The notes under the pieces: model-generated | Seen by the model: the letters and a program-made list of their open reading frames with translations, nothing else | What the model was told of the DNA's origin: nothing | Database searches by the model: none | Shown here: piece after piece, positions 18,072 to 28,010 of the stretch | Layout: each line of letters starts with the position of its first letter | Position numbering within the stretch: position 1 is the stretch's first letter | Assembly: GCA_963813235.1 (NCBI GenBank) | Contig: CAWEYF010000012.1 | Coordinates: 4,170 to 68,169 of the forward strand | Reading direction: 5' to 3' | Source of the DNA: Candidatus Aminicenantes bacterium | GTDB taxonomy: Bacteria > Acidobacteriota > Aminicenantia > Aminicenantales > Saccharicenantaceae | Length of the DNA: 64,000 bases | Made by a program: the position numbers and the translations under genes

Positions 18072-19859
18072 GTGATCACGATGGACGTCTTCGGCTGGCT
18101 TCAACTGACGCTCTTTCTGGGGATTCTATTCCTCGTCACGAAACCGGTCGGCCTATATCTTGTTCGGGTCCTGGAGCCCGAAGGGAAAACCTGGCTGGAC
18201 CGGTCCCGTCAAGCCCGTCGAACGCCTGCTTTACCGCGTGCTCGGCATCGATCCGGGGAAGGAGCAGAATTGGAGGGAGTATGCCCGGTCCCTGATCGTC
18301 TTCAGCCTGGTCGGGCTGCTCTTCACCTACGCCGTCCTCCGGCTCCAGCATTTCCTCCCGTTGAATCCGCAGGGATTCGGGCCCGTTCGGCCCGACCTCG
18401 CCTTCAACACGGCGGCCAGCTTCACCACCAACACGAACTGGCAGAATTACGCGGGAGAAACGACGCTGTCCTATTTTTCGCAGATGGTCGGGCTCGTCTT
18501 CCACAATTTCGTCTCGGCGGCCGCCGGCATCGCCGTCGCCGCGGCCCTGGTCCGCGGCATCGCCCGGCATTCGGCCAGGACCATCGGGAACTTCTGGGTC
18601 GACCTCGTCCGGGTCAATCTCTACCTGCTGCTTCCGATCTGCGTCGTCTTCGCCCTCTTCCTGGTCTCCCAGGGCATCATCCAGAACTTCAAGCCCTACG
18701 TCAGGGCGGCGTCCCGTGCGAGAGCGCGCCTCGGCGGCCACCGGACAAGGCCGGGGATCCGCCAGACCATCGCCCAGGGCCCGGTGGCCTCCCAGGTCGC
18801 CATCAAGATGCTGGGGACGAACGGCGGCGGCTTCTTCAACGCCAATGCCGCCCATCCCTACGAGAACCCGACGCCGCTCTCGAACTTCATCCAGATGCTC
18901 TCGATCTTCCTCATCCCGAGCGGCCTCACCTATTACCTCGGGCGCACGGTCAGGAACCAGAAGCACGGCTGGGCGGTGTGGGGCGCCATGGCGATCCTCT
19001 TCCTGGCCGCCGTGCTCGTCTGCTGGCGGGCCGAAAGCGCCGGCAATCCGCGCCTGCACGCCCTCGGGGTGGACCCGGCCGGCAGGCAACATGGAAGGCA
19101 AGGAGGTCCGGTTCGGCATCTTCAATTCCAGCCTGTTCGCCACCGTCACGACCGACGCCTCCTGCGGGGCGGTCAACTCCATGCACGACTCCTTCACGCC
19201 CCTGGGCGGGCTGGTCCCGCTGTTCAACATCCAGCTCGGCGAGGTGGTCTTCGGCGGCGTCGGCGCCGGCCTCTACGGGATGCTCGTCTTCGTGGTCCTG
19301 GCCGTCTTCCTCACCGGCCTGATGGTCGGGCGGACGCCGGAATACCTGGGCAAGAAGATCGAAGCCTACGACGTGAAGGTCTCGCGTCCTGGCGGTCCTG
19401 ATCCTCGATCTTCGCGATCCTCGGGTTCTCGGCCTGGGCCGCCGCCAGCCGGTGGGGCTTGGCCGGCTTGAACAACGCCGGACCCCACGGCTTCAGCGAG
19501 ATCCTCTATGCCTTCTCGTCCGGCGCGGGCAACAACGGCAGCGCCTTCGCCGGCCTGAACGGCAACACGCCCTGGTACAACACCACCCTGGGGCTGGCCA
19601 TGCTCTTCGGCCGATTCTTCATGATCGTGCCCGGTCCTGGCCCTGGCCGGGAGCCTGGCCCAAGAAGAAGCTCGTCCCGTCCGGCGAAGCGAGCTTTCCC
19701 GGCAGCGGCCCGACGTTCACCGTCATCCTCATCGGGACGGTCCTCATCGTCGGCGCGCTGACCTTCCTGCCCGCCCTGGCCCTCGGCCCCATCGTCGAGC
19801 ATTTCCTGATGACCGGGACGGGTCTCTGTATTAAGGGAGGACGAACGATGCCAGCATGA
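18072..19859 (+). pseudogene. kdpA: K+-transporting ATPase subunit A, frame interrupted at least 5 times
   Basis: KdpA segments are readable in alternating frames: [124 protein letters not shown]. Frame switches are near 18205, 19085, 19383, 19408 and 19640. Confidence 0.85.
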
Positions 19860-21873
19860 ACCATCCGCTGTTCGACCGGGCCATCGTCGGCCAGGCGGCG
19901 ATCGACTCCTTCAGGAAGCTCAATCCGGTCTCCCTGCTGAAGAATCCGGTCATCTTCGTCACCGAGGTCGGGGCCGCTGCTGACCACCCTCGGCCTGTTT
20001 CTGGGATCGAAGAACGAGCCGGCGGGCTTCGTCGCTCCAGGTCTCCCTCTGGCTCTGGTTCACGGTGCTCTTCGCCAACTTCGCCGAGGCGATGGCCGAG
20101 GGCCGGGGCAAGGCCCAGGCCGACGCGCTCCGCAAGACCCGGACCCGGACCATGGCCAACGCTCGTCGGGCCGGACGGCTCGATCGCGAACGGTCCCGGC
20201 CGAACGGCTGCGGAAAGGCGACCTCGTCGTCGTCTCCGCCCGCGAGATGATCCCGGCCGACGGCGAGATCGTCGAGGGCGCGGCAACGGTGGACGAATCG
20301 GCCATCACCGGGGAGTCCGCCCCGGTCATCCGCGAAGCGGGCGGCGACCGGAGCGCGGTCACCGGCGGGACGCGCGTCCTCTCCGACCGGATCAAGGTCC
20401 GCGTCACGGCCGACCCCGGCGAAGAGCTTCCTGGACCGGATGATCGGCCTCGTCGAAGGGGCGAAGCGGCAGAAGACGCCGAACGAGATCGCCCTGACCA
20501 TTCTGCTCTCGGCCCTGACGATCATCTTCCTCGTCGTCGTCATCACCCTGAAGCCGTTCGGCCGCTACTCCGGCGTCGACCTGACGATGACCGTGCTCGT
20601 GGCCCTGCTCGTCTGCCTGATCCCGACGACGATCGGCGGCCTGCTGAACGCCATCGGGATCGCCGGGATCGACCGCATGGTCCAGAAGAACGTCCTGGCC
20701 ATGAGCGGCCGGGCGGTCGAGGCGGCCGGGGACGTGGACGTCCTCCTGCTGGACAAGACGGGGACCATCACCCTGGGCGACCGTCAGGCGACGGCGTTCC
20801 TGCCGGCGCCGGGCGTGACGGTCGAGGAGCTGGCCGACGCCGCCCAGCTCGCCTCCCTGGCCGATGAGACGCCCGAGGGGCGGAGCATCGTCGTCCTGGC
20901 CAAGAACTACGGATTGAGGGGGCGCTCCCTCTCGGAGATGCCGGGCGCGACGTTCATCGCCTTTTCCGCGCAGACGCGGATGAGCGGGGTCGATCTCGAC
21001 GGCCGACGCATCCGGAAGGGCGCCCCGGACGCCGTTCAGGCCGTTCATCGGGACCGCCATTCCCGCGGAGGTCCGGGACGCCGTCGAGCGGATCGCGTTC
21101 CGGGCGGGACCCCGCTCGTCGTCGCCGAAGGAACGCGGGTCCTGGGCGTCATCCACCTCAAGGACATCGTCAAGGGCGGGCTCAGCGACCGCTTCGAACG
21201 GTTCCGGGCCATGGGGATCAGGACCGTGATGATCACCGGCGACAATCCGCTCACCGCGGCCGCCATCGCCGGGGAGGCCGGCGTCGACGACTTCGTCGCC
21301 GAGGCGAAGCCGGAGGACAAGCTGGCCCTGATTCGGAAGGAGCAGGCGGCGGGGCATCTCGTGGCCATGACCGGCGACGGGACCAACGATGCCCCGGCCC
21401 TGGCCCAGGCCGACGTCGGGGTCGCCATGAACACCGGGACGCAGGCGGCCAAGGAGGCCGGGAACATGGTCGATCTCGATTCGAATCCGACCAAGCTGAT
21501 CGAGGTCGTCGAGATCGGGAAGCAGATGCTCATCACCCGGGGCGCCCTGACGACCTTCAGCATCGCCAACGACGTGGCCAAGTACTTCGCCATCATCCCG
21601 GCCATGCTGGTCGGCGTCTTCCCCGTCATCGCTCCGCTCAACATCATGGGCCTCGGGTCGCCGGAGAGCGCGATCCTGAGCGCCGTCATCTTCAACGCGC
21701 TCATCATCGTCGCCCTGATCCCGCTGGCGCTCCGGGGGGTGCGCTTCCGCCCCTTGGGCGCGGCCGCGCTCCTCCGGCGCAATCTCCTGGTCTACGGCCT
21801 GGGCGGCCTTATCGCGCCGTTCCCGGGCATCAAGCTCATCGACATCGTTGTCAACGCCTTGCATCTCGTTTAA
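19856..21873 (+). pseudogene. kdpB: K+-transporting P-type ATPase subunit B, frame interrupted at least 7 times
   Basis: Motifs: [73 protein letters not shown]. Frame switches are near 19975, 20035, 20160, 20190 and 20425, plus a compensated pair near 21040 and 21105. The start overlaps the kdpA stop (ATGA). Confidence 0.85.
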
Positions 21874-21892
21874 CATGAGGGAGTGAACGGAA

Positions 21893-22486
21893 ATGAAGCC
21901 CTGGCTCGCGGAATTCCGGAGGTCGCTGATGGCCGTGTCGGCTCTGGCCGTCCTTCTGTGCGGCCTTTACCCCGTGGTCGTCTGGATCCTGGCCCACGGC
22001 CTTTTCCCCGCCCGGGCCGACGGTTCTCTCATCGTACGGGACGGGGAGATCAGGGGATCGAGCCTGATCGCGCAGGGATTCACCGGCCCCGGGTATTTCC
22101 ATCCCCGGCCCTCGGCGGCGGGAAACGGCTAGGACGCCGCCCGGTCCGGCGGGAGCAATCTCGGGCCGTTATCGAAGCGATCTGTTCGAGATCGTCGCCG
22201 ACGCGTCGCCGATTATCGGCCGAGAACGGCCTCCCCGCCGGGACGCTCGTTCCCGCCGACGCCGTGACGGCTTCGGCCAGCGGCCTCGATCCGCATATTT
22301 CGTTGAAGAACGCCCTCCTCCAGGCCCGCCGCGTGGCCAAGGCGCGCGGTCTCGCGGAGACGGACGTCCGCACGCTCGTCGAAGAGCGGACCGAAGGCAC
22401 GGTCCCTGGGCATTCTCGGCGAGCCGCGCGTCAACGTGCTGCCGCTGAATCTGGCCCTGGACGGGGTCCCCGATGGCGGAAGATAG
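21893..22486 (+). pseudogene. kdpC: K+-transporting ATPase subunit C, in-frame TAG plus several frame switches
   Basis: N-terminal TM segment. RSGGSNLGP and [14 protein letters not shown] are KdpC motifs. There is an in-frame TAG at 22130-22132 where Tyr is expected ([15 protein letters not shown]). At least 4 further frame changes lie between 22170 and 22410. Confidence 0.8.
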
Positions 22487-24143
22487 GGCCGATACCTTCC
22501 TCCGGATGATCCGCCGCTCGCGGCACGGGCGGCTGAAGGTCTATCTCGGCTACAGCGCCGGCGTCGGCAAGACCTACCAGATGCTCCAGGAAGGGCACCG
22601 GCTGAAGAGCCGCGGGATCGACGTCGTCATCGGGTCTGCTCGAGACGCACGGCCGGGCCGATATCGCCGATCTCGCCCGCGGGCTGGAAGTGGTCCCCAG
22701 GCGCCGGCAGGAGTACCACGGCATCGCCGTGGAAGAGATGGACGTGGACGCCGTCCTCGCCCGCAAGCCGCAGGTCGCGCTCATCGACGAGCTGGCCCAT
22801 ACCAATGTCCCCGGCAGCCTGAACGCGAAGAGGTACGAGGACGTTCAGGACATCCTGGCGGCGGGGATCCACGTCATCACGACCATGAACGTCCAGCACC
22901 TGGAAAGCCTCTACAACATCGTCGAGGGCTCGGTCGGCGTCAAGGTCCGGGAGCGGCTCCCGGATTCCGTCCTGGCCGAAGCCGACGAGATCGTCGACGT
23001 CGACCTGGCGACCGAGGACCTCCGGAAGCGGCTCGAAGAAGGCAAGATCTACCCCGCCGAGCGCGTCGGAACGGCCCTGGCGAATTTCTTCACCTCCTCG
23101 AACCTGGAAAAGCTCCGCGAGCTGACCCTCCGCGAGCTCGCTGTCGCAGATCGATCTGAGGAGGCGGGAGACCCCGCGAGGACGAGAGCGCCTCCGCGGC
23201 GGAACAGGTCATGGTCTGCCTCAGCTCGCGCGGGCCCGACAGCGAAAGGCTTTTGCGCTACGGCTCGCGGCTGGCGGGAAAGCTCAACCGGAACTGGTAC
23301 GCCGTCTATGTCCAGACGCCGTCCGAGGAGGCCCGGGCCATCGACGCCCGGACCCAGCGGCTCCTCTCGGACACGCTGACCCTGGCCAAGCAGCTCGGCG
23401 CCATGGTGTTCACCTATAAGGGAGAGGATGTCGTCGACACCCTGCTCCGTTTCGCCGGGGAGTACCGCGTGGGGCATATCGTCGTCGGGCGATCGTGCCC
23501 GAAGCCGTTCTGGAAACGCCTGAGCGGGAACAGAACCGTCGTCGGCGATCTTCTGAAAAAGGCCCGCGGCGTCGTCGTGACCGTCCTCGATACCCGGGGA
23601 GAGGCGATCTCCGCGATGCGACCCCCGCAGGGGAGCCCGCGGGAAGAGAGGCGTCCCCCGCAGGCCGGCGGGCCTTCGTTGAGCCGATGGCTGGCCGCCC
23701 GCCGGATCGTCATCTGGGACGAACCCGTCCCGAAGGAGACCGTCCTCCGGACGCTGGCGTCGACCTTCGGAAAGGAGGACGGGATCGGCGACGGGGAAGC
23801 CCTTTACTCGGCTATCCTGAAGCGGGAGGGACAGGGCTCGACATTCTTCAACGAGGGCGTGGCGTTCCCCCATGTCCGCGTCCGGGGCCTGCCCGCCCCG
23901 GCCATCGCCCTGGGGCTGACGAGGGAGGGGGTCCCGGACGTCGTCACCGAGAAACAGATGGAGATCGTTTTTCTCATCCTGTCGCCCGAAGAGGAACCGA
24001 ACACGCAGGTGGAGCTCTTGGCTCTGGCCGGCCGGGCCGCGAGGAACAGGTCCCTGCTCCGAGACCTCGCGTCCTGCGCGACGGGAGAGGATGTCCTCGC
24101 CGCGATCCGGGATTCGGAAGCGGCCCGCGACCCCCGGCTTTGA
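22473..24143 (+). pseudogene. KdpD N-terminal sensor domain + Usp domain fused to a PTS EIIA(Ntr)-type domain; no TM or kinase domain; frame interrupted at least 3 times
   Basis: KdpD-N: LKVYLGYSAGVGKTYQML, LETHGR, IDELAHTN, TTMNVQHLESL. Usp-like: VMVCLSS...NWYAVYVQTP...HIVVG. C-terminus: AILKREGQGSTFFNEGVAFPHVRV...EIVFLILSPEEE...LLALAGRAARN, which aligns to E. coli PtsN (AILTREKMGSTGIGNGIAIPHGKL...DLLFALLVPADQ). Frame switches are near 22640, 23140 and 23170. The frame is intact from 23211 to the stop. Confidence 0.75.
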
Positions 24144-24300
24144 TACGTTCGCGGCGCCAAGCTCGATCTTCAAATCGGGGTAAAAAAGCGCCGCTCAGTA
24201 TCAACCCTGAGCATACCCGGGCTTCAGGCCGTGGGAGTCGAATGGGTTGATTTTTCTGAGTCCCTTATAATGAGGCGCGGCTTCCGGCGAGGAGTGAACG

Positions 24301-25502
24301 ATGTACGGGCGTTTCCAAGAATATCTTCAGGGCGAGCTGGAGCAGGATCAAGGCCGAGGGCCTCTACAAGCTCGAGCGGGTCCTGACGACCTCGCAGGGC
24401 GTCGAGATCCGGACCGAGGACGGGCCGAAGGTCCTCAACTTCTGCGCCAACAACTATTTAGGGCTCTGCAACGAGCCGCGGGTCATGGCCGCCGCCAATT
24501 ACACGTTCTTCCGGCTGGGCTACGGCATGGCATCGGTGCGCTTCATCTGCGGCACCTCCGAGGTCCATAAGGAGCTCGAGCGGAGGATGAGCGAGTTCCT
24601 GGGCACGGACGACACCCTGCTCTATTCCTCGGCCTTCGACGCCAACGGCGGCGTCTTCGAGCCTCTGCTCGGCGAGGACTCGGCCATCATCTCGGACGAG
24701 CTCAACCACGCCTCCATCATCGACGGCGTCCGCCTCTGCCGGGCCCGCCGCTACGTCTACAAGAACAACGACATGGCCGACCTCGAGGCGAAGCTCAAGG
24801 ACGCCGCGGACGCCCGGTTCCGGCTCATCGTCACCGACGGCGTCTTCTCGATGGACGGCATCATCGCCCAGGTGGACAAGATCTGCGAGCTGGCCCGCCG
24901 CTACGACGCCCTGGTCATGGTGGACGACTCGCACGCCACGGGCTTCATCGGAAAGACGGGGCGGGGGACCCATGAGCATTGCGGCGTCATGGGCGATGTG
25001 GACATCATCGTCACGACCTTCGGCAAGGCCCTCGGCGGGGCCTCCGGCGGCTGTATCTCCGGGCGGAAGGAGATCGTCGAGTTCCTGCGGCAGAGGTCGC
25101 GGCCGTACCTGTTCTCCAATTCGCTGACGCCCGGCATCGCCGGGGCCACGATCGAGGTCCTGAAGATCCTCGGGGAATCGACGGAGCTCAAGGACCGGCT
25201 CGAACGGAACACGGCCCGCTTCCGGAAGGGGATCGAGGCCGCCGGGTTCCGCATCGTCCCGGGCATCCATCCCATCGTCCCCATCCTCCTCGGCCACCTG
25301 CCGAACGACGCCAAGCTCTCCCAGGACTTCGCCGAACGCCCTCCTCGAGGAGGGCATCTACGTCATCGGCTTCTATTTCCCGGTCGTCCCGCGCGGCAAG
25401 TCCCGCATCCGGGTCCAGATCAGCGCCGCCCACACCCCCGAGCAGATCGACTTCGCCGTCGAGAAATTCGCCAAGGTCGGAAGAGCCCTCGGCGCGATCT
25501 GA
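24301..25502 (+). pseudogene. kbl: Glycine C-acetyltransferase-type alpha-oxoamine synthase (Kbl-like), frame interrupted twice
   Basis: Motifs: [72 protein letters not shown]. Frame switches are near 24345 and 25335. The corrected C-terminus is [30 protein letters not shown]. Confidence 0.8.
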
Positions 25503-25518
25503 GGCCGCCGCCCTGTCT

Positions 25519-25546
25519 TTGACAATTCCGGCCCGTCCCTTATAAT
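25519..25546 (+). promoter_or_regulatory. Sigma70 promoter (TTGACA-16-TATAAT) for acpS
   Basis: TTGACA at 25519-25524, 16-nt spacer, TATAAT at 25541-25546. The acpS ATG at 25554 is 7 nt after the -10 element, implying a leaderless or near-leaderless mRNA. Confidence 0.6.
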
Positions 25547-25553
25547 GATTCCC

Positions 25554-25958
25554 ATGATCTTTGGCATCGGCACCGACATCATCGAGGTCGGCCGGGTCGA
25601 ACAGAAGCTCGCCCGGACGGAGGGGCTCAAGAAGAAGCTCTTCACGGGAACCGAGACCGCTTACTGCGAATCCAAGCACCGCCCCGCCCTTCACTACGCC
25701 GCCCGGTTTGCCGCAAAAGAGGCGTTCCTCAAGGCCATGGGGACCGGCTGGAGCGGCGGGCACCGGTTCGACGAGATCGAGATCGTCAACGACCCCCTGG
25801 GAAAGCCCGAGCTCTTTGTCCACGGCAAGGTCCGCGAGTTCTGCGGGACCCGGGGCGTCACCCGCATGTCGGTTTCACTGTCCCACGTCAAGGAAATAGC
25901 GGCGGCCTTCGTCGTCCTTGAAACGGCGCCCGAAAAAATCAGCGGTTCCCGCGAATGA
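25554..25958 (+). CDS. acpS: Holo-[acyl-carrier-protein] synthase (4'-phosphopantetheinyl transferase)
   Basis: MIFGIGTDIIEV...AARFAAKEAFLKA...SLSH are AcpS motifs. The track start at 25545 lies inside the -10 hexamer, so the ATG at 25554 is preferred. Confidence 0.85.
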   Translation: MIFGIGTDIIEVGRVEQKLARTEGLKKKLFTGTETAYCESKHRPALHYAARFAAKEAFLKAMGTGWSGGHRFDEIEIVNDPLGKPELFVHGKVREFCGTRGVTRMSVSLSHVKEIAAAFVVLETAPEKISGSRE

Positions 25959-25980
25959 TCCGCCACGGGAGGAGAAGCGC

Positions 25981-27686
25981 ATGTCCAACATCGGCTCGTT
26001 AGACGACCGGGTGAAAGGCTCCACCTGGGCCGTCTCGGCCGAAGAGCTCGGCTACAAGGACGGCGACGTCATCAATATCGGCTGGTATTGCTCCGACAGG
26101 ATTTGCGCGACAGGGGAAGGCCGGCAAGCTCGCCCTCATTTGGGAAGGGCACTACCGGCGTCGAGAAACGCTTCACGTATAACGACGTCCGTCTGGCCTC
26201 GAACACCGTCGGCGCCTTCCTCCGCGGCCTGGGCATCAAGCCCGGAGAGCGGGTTTGCCTGTTCATGGACAAGGTTCCCGAGCTCTACCTCGGGTTCCTC
26301 GGCGTCCTGAAGATCGGGGCCATCGCCCAGCCGCTGTTCTCGGCCTTCGGCGACGAGTCCCTGTTCGTCCGCCTGTCGGACGCCGGGACCTCGGCGGTCA
26401 TCACCCAGAAGAAGCACGCCCCGAAGGTCCGGAAGATCCTCGACCGCCTGCCCCACATCCGGCACATCATCGTCGTGGACCACGACGGCATCGCGCCCCT
26501 CAAGGACCGCGAGGTTGCCTTCTCCCTCGAGAAGGCCGCGCCCGTCGAGCACCTCGAAATCCACCCGACCACGGCCGAGTCGCCTTCGGTCATCCACTAC
26601 ACTTCGGGGACGACGGGGATGCCCAAGGGCGTCAAGCACGTCCATTCCTCCCTCATCGCCCAGTACATCACGGCGAAGTGGGCCCTCGATCTCCGTGACG
26701 ACGACATCTACTGGTGCACGGCCGACCCGGGCTGGGTCACCGGGACTTCCTACGGCATCATCGCCCCCTTCGCCCTGGGCGTCACCCAGTGCGTCATGGA
26801 CGCCGGGTTCTCGGCCGAGGCCTGGTACCGGTTCGTCGAAAAGCGCCGGGTGACCATGTGGTATTCCGCCCCGACGGCCATCCGCTCCCTGATGAAGGCC
26901 GGCGACGAGCTCGTGAAGAAGTTCGACCTGTCCTCGCTCCGCCACCTGGCCAGCGTCGGCGAGCCCCTGAACTCCGAAGCCGTCGTCTGGTCCCAGAAGG
27001 TCTTCGGCAAGCCCTTCTACGACACCTACTGGCAGACCGAAACGGGCTGCATCGTGATCGGCAATTACCCCGGCATGGAGGTCAGGCCCGGCTCTATGGG
27101 GAAGCCGTTCCCCGGCATCACGGGCACCATCCTCGACCCGGTTCGGAACGAGCCCTATCCCGTTCACGGGAAGATCGGCCTCGTCGCCCTGAAGTTCGAC
27201 TGGCCGTCGCGGATGCGGACCTACTGGAACAACGAGGAGGCCTTCGCCAGGAAATTCCGTAACGGCTGGTATATCACGGGCGACCGGGCCCGGATCGACA
27301 AGGACGGCTACTACTGGTTCGCCGGGCGCGACGACGACATCATCAACACGGCCGGCCATCTGGTCAGCCCGTTCGAGGTCGAGTCGGCCCTGCTCGAGCA
27401 CCCGGCGGTCGCCGAGTCGGCCGTCGTCAGCAAGCCGGACCCCATCAACCTCGAGGTCGTCAAGGCCTTCGTGGCCCTGAAGCCGGGATTCGCGGCGGGC
27501 AAGGACCTGGACCTCGACATCATGAACTTCGTCCGGAAGAAGCTCTCGCCGCTGGCCATGCCCCAGGAGATCGAGTTCGTCGACAGCCTGCCCAAGACGC
27601 GGAGCGGGAAGATCATGCGCCGCATCCTCCACGCCCGCGAGTGGGGCGAGGAGATCGGCGACACCTCGACGCTCGAGAACGATTGA
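25981..27686 (+). pseudogene. AMP-forming acyl-CoA/acyl-carrier synthetase (acetyl-CoA synthetase-like), frame interrupted twice near the 5' end
   Basis: GGGAGGAG RBS before the ATG at 25981. Motifs: YTSGTTGMPKG, YWCTADPGWVTG, GYYWFAGRDDDIIN, PKTRSGKIMRR. The N-terminus reads ...DRICATGEG | AGKLALIWEG | TTGVEKRFTYND, with frame switches near 26118 and 26148. Confidence 0.8.
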
Positions 27687-27714
27687 AGTACAATAGACCT
27701 TCAGGAGAATCAAC

Positions 27715-27963
27715 ATGGACGATCTCAAAGACGTCGTATTGAAGTACGTGACCGAGGAATACCTCGAGACCGACAGCGATCCGATCACCTTCGAGACCCC
27801 GCTCATCTCGGGGGGCATCGTGGACTCCTTCTCGATGGTCTCGCTGAAGCGGTTCCTCGAGAACAGATACAACATCCAGATCCCCGACGACAAGGCGACG
27901 CCCGAGGCGTTCGATTCCGTCAACCGCATCGCCGATCTCGTCCGGGAATTCGTCAAGGCCTAG
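27715..27963 (+). CDS. Acyl/peptidyl carrier protein
   Basis: 82-aa ORF with the phosphopantetheine attachment context GGIVDSFSMVSL. It lies between the AMP-ligase and the oxoamine synthase. Confidence 0.8.
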   Translation: MDDLKDVVLKYVTEEYLETDSDPITFETPLISGGIVDSFSMVSLKRFLENRYNIQIPDDKATPEAFDSVNRIADLVREFVKA

Positions 27964-28010
27964 CCCTCCGGCGGCCGGGCGACGGAAGACCGTTCTCAGG
28001 AGGTTCCCTC

